Source: Paraphysomonas bandaiensis (Eukaryota; Protista; Chrysophyceae). From it: 64,000 bases of DNA. Location: contig CBFFRP010000293.1 in NCBI GenBank assembly GCA_965644295.1, positions 1-64,000 of the forward strand. Reading direction: 5' to 3'. The notes beneath the pieces were generated by a model. The model had not been told where the DNA came from, did not search any database, and saw nothing but the letters and a program-made list of their open reading frames with translations. The position numbers and the translations under genes are program-made. The first letter of the stretch is position 1, and every line of letters begins with the position of its first letter. Shown here in pieces: positions 35,030-47,028 of this stretch.

Positions 35030-35560
35030 AGTATCAAAAGAAACAGTGCAACACCAATATATCTCTACACCCACCACCTGGCTTGAAACTAATCAAGAAG
35101 TCTGAAGAAGAGGAGACCACAAGGGAACGAGAGCATGCCGAAGCGTTCATTTAAAGGTGCCCTCACGTACTTGACAGTGCATACCAGACCAGATATTGCA
35201 TATACTGTGAACTTACTATCACTTTTCAACACAGGACCTACCTATGCCGCATGTCAAGTTGCACTACGTATTCTCTTGTTCCAAGAGAACTTAGTCAACC
35301 ATGGTATAGTATTCACGAATTACACTGATGAAGTTAGAAGAGTACATCAATCACATGGTAGTCAAGACCACGGTCAACAGTAGCTACTTCTACTGTAGAA
35401 GCTGGATGCATACATTGATTTGATGGAGATATTACGGATGCGAGGGATGATGACAGATCATGGACTTCATGGCTTCGATCGTAGCAAATATGAGTCTCAA
35501 TAATCCTGAGTTCGCACTACAGTCGAAAAGTTGAAACACAACAATTTCCTGCATATGTAC
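35030..35560 (+). pseudogene. Degenerate Copia RT/RNase H remnant
   Basis: GALTYLTVHTRPDIAYTVNLLS-F-TGPTYAAC matches Copia-1 GAVLHLAIHTRPDLAYAVGLLARFSTSPTYATC. Stops and frameshifts surround it. Confidence 0.8.
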
Positions 35561-36569
35561 CAAGAGCGTATTAGTATATCACATAAGTAGCTGTGCAGTC
35601 TGGAATTTGTTGCAATGAAAATAAATAACTGCAACAGTAGAAGAAGGAATGCATACACGAACAGATAAAATTAAACTATGTTATCTGTTATGAATATGAT
35701 TGGCGTCAACAAAACTTCTAAACATCTTCCTCTGATATAACGACAAAAACGACCTCGTACGTTAAACGATCTATTTCAACCAAAGGGCTTCTTGCGCCTC
35801 CTTGAAACATAATGGAGATAATTTATTCGTCGCTACTACTAACCACTGACCACAGTAGTATCGAAACTTAGATAAATGCGATCTATCATTTTACCAATTA
35901 ATTAATTCATGTCATATAGTTATATTTAACCACGGTCAATAAGGAGGCTATATCGTCCCGCGCTCAAAATTTTGAAATGAGTGCGAAAAGCCCGAGATTT
36001 AAAATTTAGATAAGGGACGATACTCCTTATCCCCAGGTTAAATTGTAGCTTATCCTCATGACGTTGAAAACTAAATATTAGATTGTATAGCTATTTTAGT
36101 TGCTTGCTTGCTGTAATAAGAAATAACTGTTCCCTGATTAACATTAAGAAAACAATAGAGAATTCATATTATTCAATTAAATGGTATGTATCTGTGTATA
36201 TGCTTTTAGGACTTAGGGAATAGCAATTGTACTAGATCAATTCAAAACAATAAACCCCCTAATTTATATATATAATAGCTACAACTCCTACCACAGAAGG
36301 ATGCTGAGGGAATAGCAACTGCAAGGTGTTGGAATTCGTACATACGTGTGATGATGGATGTGAACAGTTGTAGTCGCACGAGAGGCTTCTTATTGCCTTA
36401 ATTTTAGCATCAGCATCACAATGCGCTTAACCTTTGCTAGTTCACCTGATTGAATGATGTGTATGATATTAGGCGCAAAACATCTTCATATAAGCACAAT
36501 GCGAAAGAACTGGATGCCACTGTTATTCACCACCTATAAAGCATCAGATATGGTACTTCAACTCTCCTA

Positions 36570-36750
36570 AATATTCTTGCAGTTGTTTCGAAGTCCTGGT
36601 TATGAAGGTAGATCGCTTGTACTGACAGCATACACAGCAGTGGAAGGATGGAAATCACATACAAATAACTGTTAATGTCATAATTAAGATAGAAGTGAGC
36701 TTCTGTTAAGCCGAATATTGAAGTTGCATGTCTATATTTGCCCGGTGAAG
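36570..36750 (-). repeat. Dispersed degenerate coding-like repeat, family B (second copy ~62908-63140)
   Basis: Shared CGAAGTCCTGGTT-TGAAG-TAGATC and AATTAAGATAGAAG...CCGAATATTGAAGTTG...TTGCCCGG. Confidence 0.7.
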
Positions 36751-37552
36751 ATATAAAACAAAATGTGGATAATTGTTTCTTCAACTGCTGTATTCTTCAA
36801 GTAACCGTCATGTTTAAAACCTTTAAAATACAGCTTATAATTCGTTACAAATAAGCAAAACTCAATATAAGCTATTTAAGCCTCCTCCACTTCTTGGCCT
36901 CGTAGAACAAATGAGGCGGCTTGATATCCGAGTTCCACGTAACTAGTGTGCTAATGTGTAACGGAAACTGACACTCTTAATGGATAGTTACGTAAAAACT
37001 AAATAATACCTAACCATGAGCAGATTTTTATCGCTTAAACTACCGGAAATTATCTAATAATTATTGATGTAATATATCCGCTTTGTGTATGCCGTCATTG
37101 TTTCGCTTTTATATCGATGTGTGACGAGTTGCGTAGCTTTTACTGCATTCTCAGGCATTTGCTGTCAACAACATAATTAACTAAAAATATGGTGTAAGCC
37201 TATGATTCTTTGCGTTCTGGATATAGCGTCACAATCATCGACTAGTTCCTGTACGCTTATTCTAACAAGAAACTAGCCCACACCATATTAATGATACACA
37301 GTAGTCGTATGGGGATTATTACAGCTTTTTGGTTGCACTGAACGCAAACAATAAAACTATTCACACAGACGACATCCACTCGACAACTGAGGGTAGCATT
37401 TTATCAGTAACGTCATGACCTCTACCACACTATCGAGCCATAAAATAACACTATATGAACATAATGTAACCATTTTCAATGGCAGTTACATTTTAATACA
37501 ATGTCAGTGAATAATATACCGTATATCACAAAGTCATTGACACCATATCGAC

Positions 37553-40500
37553 TTATAAGTCTCTTGGAAACTTGTACTCGTGAAGTGGCGGAGCCAGACA
37601 TGTCGTGAAGGTGTCAGGAACACCAGCTTTCTCAAGAGCAATGCGAATAACTTCTTCCACAGCTTTTCCCCATCCAAATGCGAGTTCCAGAGGCTCCATC
37701 CTGTTCATGTAACACGGTGATGATGCCATGTAGGTCGAGTTCTCAGCAATTCCCTGATCTCTCCACCAGTAATATCTATTACACAACAAACTGATTAGCA
37801 CAAGCACGATGAGAAGAGAGTAAATGCTACACAAACGTACAGTGAGTTCGCCGACCAGACATATCCATACGGATAGACTGTCGGATTTTGACGCCATCCA
37901 GCAATTCTCATCACTGGTACACGAAATAGTTCAGCTCTATCAGCCATGATCCGTCCTGCTTTCGTGAGGAGCTCTCGTCCACGAAGTAAGAGTCGGTTTC
38001 TCTCCTCGGGGGTTGTATGGAGGTCTTGGGACATGTATAGCACTTGGTTCTGTATGAAGTAAAAAGTTAAGTCGAATAGAGTCAACAGTACAGCATACAT
38101 ACATGTTCAGCCCGCAGTGCCAACAGCTTCACGCAATCAACAAATTCGTCAAGATAGGCCATCGCTCCCTGAGAAAAGATCACCACAACTCTTCATGAAC
38201 GTGTAGACGTGAAATATAAATGCATTTAAGATACGTACTCTATCCAAAACACCCTCAGCGCGATTTCTGATATCCATAAAGTCTTGTGCGTGAGCTCCAA
38301 ACCTATGTTGCATCTCACTCAGTATCTTAAGCGCATCTTCCCACTGTGGATCTGACGGCTCTGTCAAGTGTACCTTGTCTGGTTGAGTGAAAGACAGACC
38401 CAACAAACGCGGAATGTCAACCCAAGTGTCTGCACCAGACATATAAGCATGACCAGATAACTTCGTCAAATCTGAACTCTCCTGGTGATGAACTTTGCCA
38501 TGAACCATTACCTCAGCCTGTGTCTGCGACAATCGAACTATGGCATGCGAAACATCTTCAGCAAAATCTCCAAACAGACCCAGAACGTGCCGTAGTGAGA
38601 TTAAAAATGCTTCCCAGTCATCAGCTTCGTCCATTAACGGGTTCCACGCAGCACGTGCAGTGATAACATTTGACAAATGATACCCGTACTCCCACCCGGA
38701 CTCGAAGTTCATTTGACCATTTATGCGAAAGCCTATCGTTAAGGCAATAAAAAATATTACATCGAATGAAAAGACACAAAATAGAAGACCGAACCTTGTT
38801 CTTCCTGCTGTCGAGCTGTTCTTCTCAGATCATACAGCCTACGTTGTCCAAATAGCGGAATGAAAAGTGGCACATCCACGTCAACGTTAACCCTATATAT
38901 AGAAGCAGTGAGAATGTTTACATACTTCCAAGGCGATGCTGTGTCGGTATTATAGACGAATACCGTACCAATAGGCCGTTTCTGGGTAAAACAACACATC
39001 TCGTTTCTTCAAAGAGGCCTCGAAAGTCATATAGTCCGACATGTAGCTAAAATTTTCGTTTCCATATGCTCCAGCAGTTGGATCATCAAGACTATACACC
39101 TGTTTCCACGGTACAAATGAATTTTAGGACACTTTACTACATTCGTAGACAGATGGTGCCAACCAATTAGTCACCTGCACAGTATGGGGCATGACAGCGA
39201 GTCCTTCTGATGCATAAGTAGGTAGAAAATTGAAATTTATTGGTTCTCCTGTTCTCGGATCAGGATACTTAAGTTCCCCGTTCTCATTCACGTCTTCACA
39301 GTACTGATCCGTCGAGCAGTGCACCTTCGTCAACGCCTCTCTTTTCCAGTGGGTAGTTACTGAAACATTCAATTAAAAATAGAGTGCCCACGAGACTGTT
39401 CGATTGACATGAATAATTCAAGGAAAAGTTGCATGCCCAATTTACATTACGTAAAACATACCTCTGGAGGTGTACACCTCAAACAGCTGAAGCATAGTAT
39501 CACAAGATGGCTTAGTAAACTCCGATAGACCAGACTCCGTAGATATGAAGTCATACTCAGCGGTGAATGCCCAGTCCACTCTGTTTTCAATATCGCTCTT
39601 CTGAGTATCAAAATCGTCCCTGATATTCACCATCGCCCAACCTATACAATTCCAGCTATTAATCAACAATGTGTTATCGAAATAGAAAGAGTGTATGCTG
39701 AATCAACAGATTTAAAGGAGAACATGATATATTCGTACCATGCTGCTGAAGATTGGCAAGAGGAATGTCAGCACCAATTAAAACACCATATTTATGGGCC
39801 AGTCTGTTTATTTCTCTCAGACGGAGCTGCCTCTTCGTACCGGAAGTCAATTCACCCCAAGCATCCCACTTTTCGTTACCCAACAGCAAAACCTCAACAC
39901 GGTTCTGACGGTTTGCTAAGAGCCATTCAAATAACCCATCTAGTGTGAGAAACATATCTTCCCAAGTTTCGCAGTGTACACCACGTGGACAGGTCTTCGA
40001 GCTGTCGTTAGAGAACATTGGAATGTCATATCCATTTAAAACTTCAGTAAATTCTAATGGATGCTGAGTGTGTATATGCCAAGTTCGCTTTTCCCAATAC
40101 GGGGATTCAGTAATATAAATATCACGGGATAATGTTGGAAGGAAACTGGGAATATACGGTGCCAAGGGGTGAAGGAAGCGAAATCCAAGCAGCTCCAATG
40201 CCGCGTAACTTCCAACCGCTGCGCCGTAGTGTACACTATCGACATCCAATGCAAATTGGCGGGTTCCTATTTCCATCGGTTTCCCATTAGCGACAATCAA
40301 TGTGGAGTTCGAGATGTATTCTCTTGTGGATATTTCGAACCCCTCCGATCGGACATCATCCAGTGACAGATACCTGCTGCTCAGAGAGGTGTTTCCCAGA
40401 GACAGCACTAACGAAGACGAATTCAGTTGATTGGCCTCAGCGTCCCACTCCTCCACCCTGATTCCTGTCTCCCGCAGCAGGCTCCTCACTCTATTAGGGA

Positions 40501-40624
40501 CTGCCCCTAGATTCTCCCCAAACACACAGTACACAACGTCATAGCCATCGACATGTCCGCCCTCACAGAGACACAGACACAGCAATAGACACAAACACAC
40601 CCACTTACTGAGGATTGATCTCAT
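37553..40624 (-). CDS. Uncharacterised secreted protein (multi-exon); N-terminus resembles the accessory domain of GH20/GH67-like enzymes
   Basis: Signal peptide; LIVANG...GSYAALELLGFRFLHP; HIHTQHPLE; FYPETAYWVNVDVDVPLF (spliced); NFESGWEYGY. Consistent GT-AG introns. Confidence 0.75.
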
Positions 40625-41120
40625 TACGACACAACGAATTAGTCGTTAATAGACTATCTCACCACCTGTTGATAATAGTCTGCTGGATCAGTACAACACG
40701 GAGCGGACTGCACGCATAGCTATATATGCAGATATATCGAGTGCGCTGTGCGAGTATACCTGTATACCGTATACTATACATAGGAATTCCTACTGCTGTA
40801 GCAGAACACAGTACAGTACCACAATTTCCAATTCCAAAATACGCTCAGTATACGCCGCTGTAGGGCAGGTATCTACAATTAATTTTCAGGTGACGGTATA
40901 CGGCGGTATACGGTATACGGTATACGGTGGAGGGCAGATAGGTGGACACCAAACGTGCAGCACGTTTTTGCTGGGAACTGAAAATTAAAACGTGCGGCAC
41001 GTCATCTGCGCTCTCATTCGCTGTCTGAGATCCACATCAATGCATTCATTCCATCGAACAATCAGATTGCCATCAATACACTGCTGTTAGTATCATTCCG
41101 TTTATCTAGTGGGTGAAGTA

Positions 41121-43170
41121 ATGAGCACTGCGTTGCATGTGTTTGCTCTTGCAGCTATTGGAGTTGTATGTCTTGTACATGGCGAAAGCGACGCATCACT
41201 GGTAAGCACCGCTCTTTGCATGCTTATGATTTAAAGTTTACCTGAACCTGATATAGGATGCGGTAGACCAGTGCACTGTCGATAATTGGGGACAACCACA
41301 TCAAACTCGCCGTCCATTTCGGTCAACATATACAACTGCTATACGAGAAAAGTGCGCCGCCGAATTCGCTAAAAGCACTCCGATGGCAACCACACTACAG
41401 AACGCTATGGTTAATTTCTACCCCAATACTTCCATATACGACACTTTTAAGGGAATCGATTTAGTTCCTGAAAACAACCATTTGTTTGCGGATTTCCCTT
41501 CACCTTGGAAGCGCAATTTGGATGCATCCAAATCAAAGCCTGGGTCAATGCACGGAATGACTTGTGATACCCCAATGGATGATGGAAGTACGTGGTCAGT
41601 TACCCGTATTGGACCCATGATTACACGAGGTGGATATGATTGGACACAGATTGGTTGGGATGACGTTTTTGGACTCGAGGAGAAGTTAAAGCGCTTTCCG
41701 GATGGGGTGTATGCACTCGAACAAGTGTCAGTGCCCGTGCTAAAAGATGGTACCAGACTGGGTAACCCTCCGGTACATATCCACCATATCCATGTGGGTC
41801 CTAAGACGGGAGTTAGACAACGTACAGATTTATTTGCATGCTTGACTTCGAGCGATGGAGAAGTGTGCTATGACCCGACACGTGTGTTCGAGCACCACGG
41901 CGACTACCAATGCACGGAGGATGAGGGTGGACTTGACTGCTTGGTGGAGACTATTCCTGATGGATATGGGAAACTTCTCACGTATCCACTTGGGCTGGAG
42001 GGAGATATCAATGATGTAAGGGCCGTTGACAGTGAGCCGCTGGAGTGGTATTACGAACTCGGTATCCGGTGGGTACCTAGGATAGCCGCTGATGGCACGG
42101 AGAGCACAATAAAGCCTATTAATTTTTTCAACTTTGCCGGACCTGGAGATTTCAGTCTTCGTCATCAGAACTCATACATATTTACTTTTCAGGCTCCAAC
42201 GGATCACGATAACCTGTTCTGGTACACTGGTCGCATGCCGTTTTCTGGACAAATGCTTCGAAATAAATTCCATGCACACAACAAAATTTTCAAGGAGTCC
42301 ATCTTCTTTGCCGCCTCCCCAGCGGAACTTGGTTTAACCAGAGAAAATAAGTTAGTACCAGATAAGCCTTATCATACGGTTGACATCCGGGATGGAGGGT
42401 TCAATAGCCTCGATGAAGTGAAGCAATTTATCATGGACAACCTCGACGCATCTGCGAAGGCGTTTGATACTCTTCATGGTGAAGGGTACTATACCTCTGT
42501 GGTAGACATGGATAATGACAAATCAAGTCGCTTGCGTCCGCGGGCCGTTTGTCATGGTGTTTCGAAGCTAGAGGAGGTAGAAGGGTACTTTTATGATCGA
42601 CGGGAGCCTACGTGTTGCGCGCCGTGGGATATAGAACGTGGTGATATTTTCACTGTGGTTGGCTTCAATAAGAAACTACAACACGCCATGGGGCCTCATA
42701 CGGATATCAAGCCAGCCACTTTCCCTGGACACGTGGGGTGGTGGCTAAGCACCACCAACGAAGAGGAGAAACCCATTAGTCGATTCGGACTGGGCATGTT
42801 TACTCAGGAGCCAAATGGATACCTATATGACATAAAGAGAATGAGCCCATATCAGCGTCTTGGTTATCAGCTAAATGGAGGAACGATATCTCATCATAAT
42901 GTATTCTTTCACGACCAATTTTTGGGAAGTGCTATTCTTCTTACCCTCCTCTCTCATCCGATTGTTTTCTTAATTCTTATTTTAATGCTCGTTGGTATAC
43001 TGATCCATAGATGTCTAAAAAATTACGTTATCAGAGTACTCAAGAAGCGCTCACCGAATTCCTCTAGTGACGATTCATGTCCTGACCCGGAGGCAGTGAT
43101 TCACTCAGTCGCTAAAGCTGTCACTAATGGTTCAGAAGCAGAGCTGATCAATATTTTACACAAACAGTAA
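41121..43170 (+). CDS. Uncharacterised type I membrane protein with His-cluster motifs (2 exons)
   Basis: Signal-peptide exon 41121-41201 splices in frame to 41257. Motifs PVHIHHIH, EHHGD and FHAH; C-terminal TM helix. Confidence 0.8.
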
Positions 43171-43879
43171 ATGCAACTGCCCATGTGAATTGATCGTTAT
43201 TGTAGCACCCACTATACATGTCTTAGTTAGCGTAAATATGTTTCATAAAATATTTTAGGCAGATGTCTTCCTGTTCGAACCACTACATTATTGCTATATT
43301 TATCGCAACTTGTATAATTCATCACGTGAAGTATTCTACCTGCACTGGAAACTTCTGTAATTGATAATAATTTGCTCGTTTATGAGTTCATATACATCAC
43401 AACATACATAACCATTCAGTTTGTTGGTGATTATAAAATGCTAATTTTATGGTTTGTTCCAACACACTAATGGATATTGTGCTGTAACTTTTAGCTAGAT
43501 AATCCTGTCACGAATGAATACAACGATCTCATATCTCATATGATCTTTTGGCTTGTTTTCTTTCATCCTCACGAAGTACTTCTACTTGCTACACATAATA
43601 ATTCAGTTTTATTCCTTAGAACATATTCGCTGTGTTAGAATAGTAAAACATTTAATATTGTTGTGCTTGTCACCAGAGAAAAAGCAGACAATTATTGCAA
43701 CTCAGTTAACAAATACAGTCAATTTTCCCCTCAACAAAGTCGGAATCGCACCTTTTCGTGATGTTCTAGAGGATAAGTACCGGAGATGCTTCTCCGAGAA
43801 ACACACGTGAGCCGCATATTATACACTCAGCAGATATGGTTATGCCCACTCATATAGCCAAATGCTTTGTGTGGTACAC

Positions 43880-44090
43880 AAGGGACACTAAATATAAGTT
43901 ATAGTTGTCACTTGTGTAGACGTCTTCTTTGGGCCTTGAAGAATAAACAGCCATCCGGATTGGGGGCCAACCTCAAGGGCATCTGAGGTATCGGGCTGCC
44001 TGCTGAAGTTAAACATCCGGGAATGGGTCTACCTTAATGACAGAGACGAGAAAGTGATTGCACTTTGATGCTTGCGGTGACGCACATAAA
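43880..44090 (+). repeat. Dispersed degenerate repeat, family A
   Basis: Similar to 14405-14560 and 14856-14920. Confidence 0.65.
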
Positions 44091-45676
44091 ACTTTCGTAG
44101 CGCCAAATAGTAGGATATATATATATTATAATATAGAGTTATAAGCACCAGTTAGTTAAATTGCTTTGCTACATTAGATTTAACTCATACACGCCTATAT
44201 TGCTAATAATCAGACATTTACTACTAAAAAGTCAATATTCGGCTAACTGAGTGAACCAACAAGTTACCACACCTCCTCCATTTTTTAGAGTTGCTCTTAT
44301 CGACATTATGTACAGCAGGTATTCGGATCCATAAAATCTTATCATCTGAAGAATTAAAATATGGACGAGTTGTACATGTATGTGAACAAATAATGTATTA
44401 CAGTGCTTACTACTTGAAAAAAGACTGCAACCCGAAATCCCAGAATGATTCAACAGTTTATACACAACAGAGAGATCAAAACTAATACATGTTCCAATGT
44501 GTATGGCCCTTTACTCGTGATATACTTCGTAAAAGGAGTAGGCTTTGTTGTAATAGCTACTGCTTCGTTGCTACTGCTAGCATAGCACTTTCACGTCACG
44601 GCTTTACGCTGCGGCCACGATGTGCTTTTTATCCTGAGCATGCATCGATAAATACCACGAGTTTCAGCGCAGTAAGAAAATACTGCGGCTGACAAATAAA
44701 TTACAGTAGCGACAATATTCTAACATTCTAACTGCTATATGTGCAAACCTTTTTAATACTTGATTACATGTAATACCGATAGTGAGTGCATTTATACATC
44801 TTAATGAAGCTATCCAGCCTAATACTTTGGTGAAGGACAGGGATGGCTTTGGCCAGAAAATGCACGACTTCTACGAGGCAATATCAGAACTGATAAGATA
44901 AGAGACCCACTGCTCAACAAAGACAAGAGCAGAGCTACACGATCGTCTATATGACAGGAGGGTCATGAGTATATTAAGCTATTTGTGTGAGCATACGAAA
45001 TTTCAATTGCAAATGTCCAGTACGAAGAAGAATGACTTTGGAAGCAACTATCCGAGAAGATGAATGCCTAAGGTACAGATTAAAATTTTGAAATCGTGTT
45101 GGGCGTACAAATTTCGGCGTTGTATGATATTGACTTAATTAAGGAGTGTTGATTTTTGTTTCTTTCAGATCGAACTCGTGGCTTGTAAAGTTAAGGACTT
45201 ACTGAGTTGATCAAGTTACTTATTGTCTTTAAATTAAATGAATAAATGTATTAATACGAGAGTATCCAGAGCTAAATTTGAAGCGTCGATTTACCATGTA
45301 TAAATAATTTGTGAATCGCATTCACGTTTCCGGATGACACGACATTACGCCTTACTAACATACGGGAATGATTATAGTTATGAGTTTATAGTACAATCTT
45401 AAAGTTCAACATGTTTCAGCTAAAAATTTCTGGCTACTCTACCCTTACGAAAAGGCAAGTACCCATGAAAAATATATGATGTTGTACAACATATCAAACA
45501 CTGAGCCATGTCTGATACTTAGTTCAGTTTGGACTACATACCAGTGCTCACAGCTTGTCGACCAAGTGGAATATCTTGTGTGCAGTGTGACTCAATACGC
45601 CATTCATGAGCCGACGAAACTATGTGATTATATAAGTGCGAATGATATTCATGCCACAATGATGTGTGTGTTTATC

Positions 45677-46480
45677 TCAGCTTTTACCTTCAGTCAAGGC
45701 AGATTTTGTCATAACATACATGAAACTATCAAGGCAGCCATTGCTTCCACCAAGAGTATTAACAGTTAAGGACCAGCCATACGTATCACACATACCCTCC
45801 TCGACTGTATAGGGATTCAATACTGTATTATTTTTCCGCTGGCCCATAAGATATTTAGTTCTGAAATGAGGCTGAGAAAAGCTGATTTGAAGAAATACTC
45901 CAGTGGGTATTAGTACGCGAGAGACGCTCCGGCACATTTTATCTGACGAGTCAATAACTTGAGTAGCAGGATCCCAAACACTGCCTTCATCTACCATAAG
46001 GGCATCCATAGCTGCCTTATCAATTACGACATCGAAGCTGCCCTCTGGAAAATCAAGCTCGCACATATCCATTTTGATCCAATTCATTGTTTCACGTTCC
46101 TGATTAGATTCCTTCATACGATCAATGACAACGTCGGAGAAGTCAATGTTAGTTATATTCTTGTACCCTGCATCATACAAGTCTGCAGAAAATGTGCTGT
46201 TGCCACACCCAACAATGAGAATTCTATCATTTTTCTTGAGATGAGTGCACACATCATCTTTCACACTATCGAACGTCATTAGCCAATCATATGACTCCTC
46301 TTTGGCAAATCTTTCGTCCCAATATTCTCTTCTTCCGTACTCTGAGTTGTGAGCAGCGGTGAAATCAGAGGACTGTTCAGAGGACCCCACCTCCGCTTTA
46401 ACTTGCTCCTTATCAACATGATCTTTAAGAGCTGCGAGAGTGGCAGGTGAAAGAACGTCAGATAGAGCAGCAAAATCCAT
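45677..46480 (-). CDS. Class I SAM-dependent methyltransferase, EEF1AKMT4/METTL13-like
   Basis: EYWDERF...YDW; ILIVGCGNS; NIDFS; FDVVIDKAAMDAL; ISFSQPHFR. Confidence 0.9.
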   Translation of the reverse strand: MDFAALSDVLSPATLAALKDHVDKEQVKAEVGSSEQSSDFTAAHNSEYGRREYWDERFAKEESYDWLMTFDSVKDDVCTHLKKNDRILIVGCGNSTFSADLYDAGYKNITNIDFSDVVIDRMKESNQERETMNWIKMDMCELDFPEGSFDVVIDKAAMDALMVDEGSVWDPATQVIDSSDKMCRSVSRVLIPTGVFLQISFSQPHFRTKYLMGQRKNNTVLNPYTVEEGMCDTYGWSLTVNTLGGSNGCLDSFMYVMTKSALTEGKS

Positions 46481-47028
46481 GTATGCAAGCAGTTTGCGCG
46501 CTCCTTGTCTATTATGAGGATGTTTATATGAAGGGAGTCCAGTAACTTAGTTCTTAACTTATGCCCATATCCATATATCCTGCTGTGTGTACATGTCCGC
46601 AGATATATGTACTGCTCTACATGTACCATGTACATAACAACAATGAATGGGTGGGAGATATTCGAGCTGGCCATCCAATAGCATTTCCATATTTCAGTTT
46701 ATCCATATTTTATTGGTGCACAGTTTCTTCACTATGTCCACTGCCAGTGTGTTGAAATTCTCTCAAAATACGAAAATTGATTTTGTTGATAGAAAATGTG
46801 ATTTTTTTGGAGAGAATTTACTGTTTTTCTTGCTCCTGACATGGTTGAACAAGTAAACATATACGGAAACACGTACAGAGTATATACAGCAGTCTGTTAT
46901 GGTGTGCGTAGACTCTGGTTCATATGCAGCAATTGCAGCAGAGACAGCCTCACAAACAGATCAGTGCTGTGCATTGCCATCATCATCACTCTGGCTACAG
47001 GCTCATCTTGCCACTGGATTGGACTCTA

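Noticed and set aside
44800-45070. Protein-like but stop-interrupted stretch
   Set aside because: No recognisable motif; a possible relic but unsupported.
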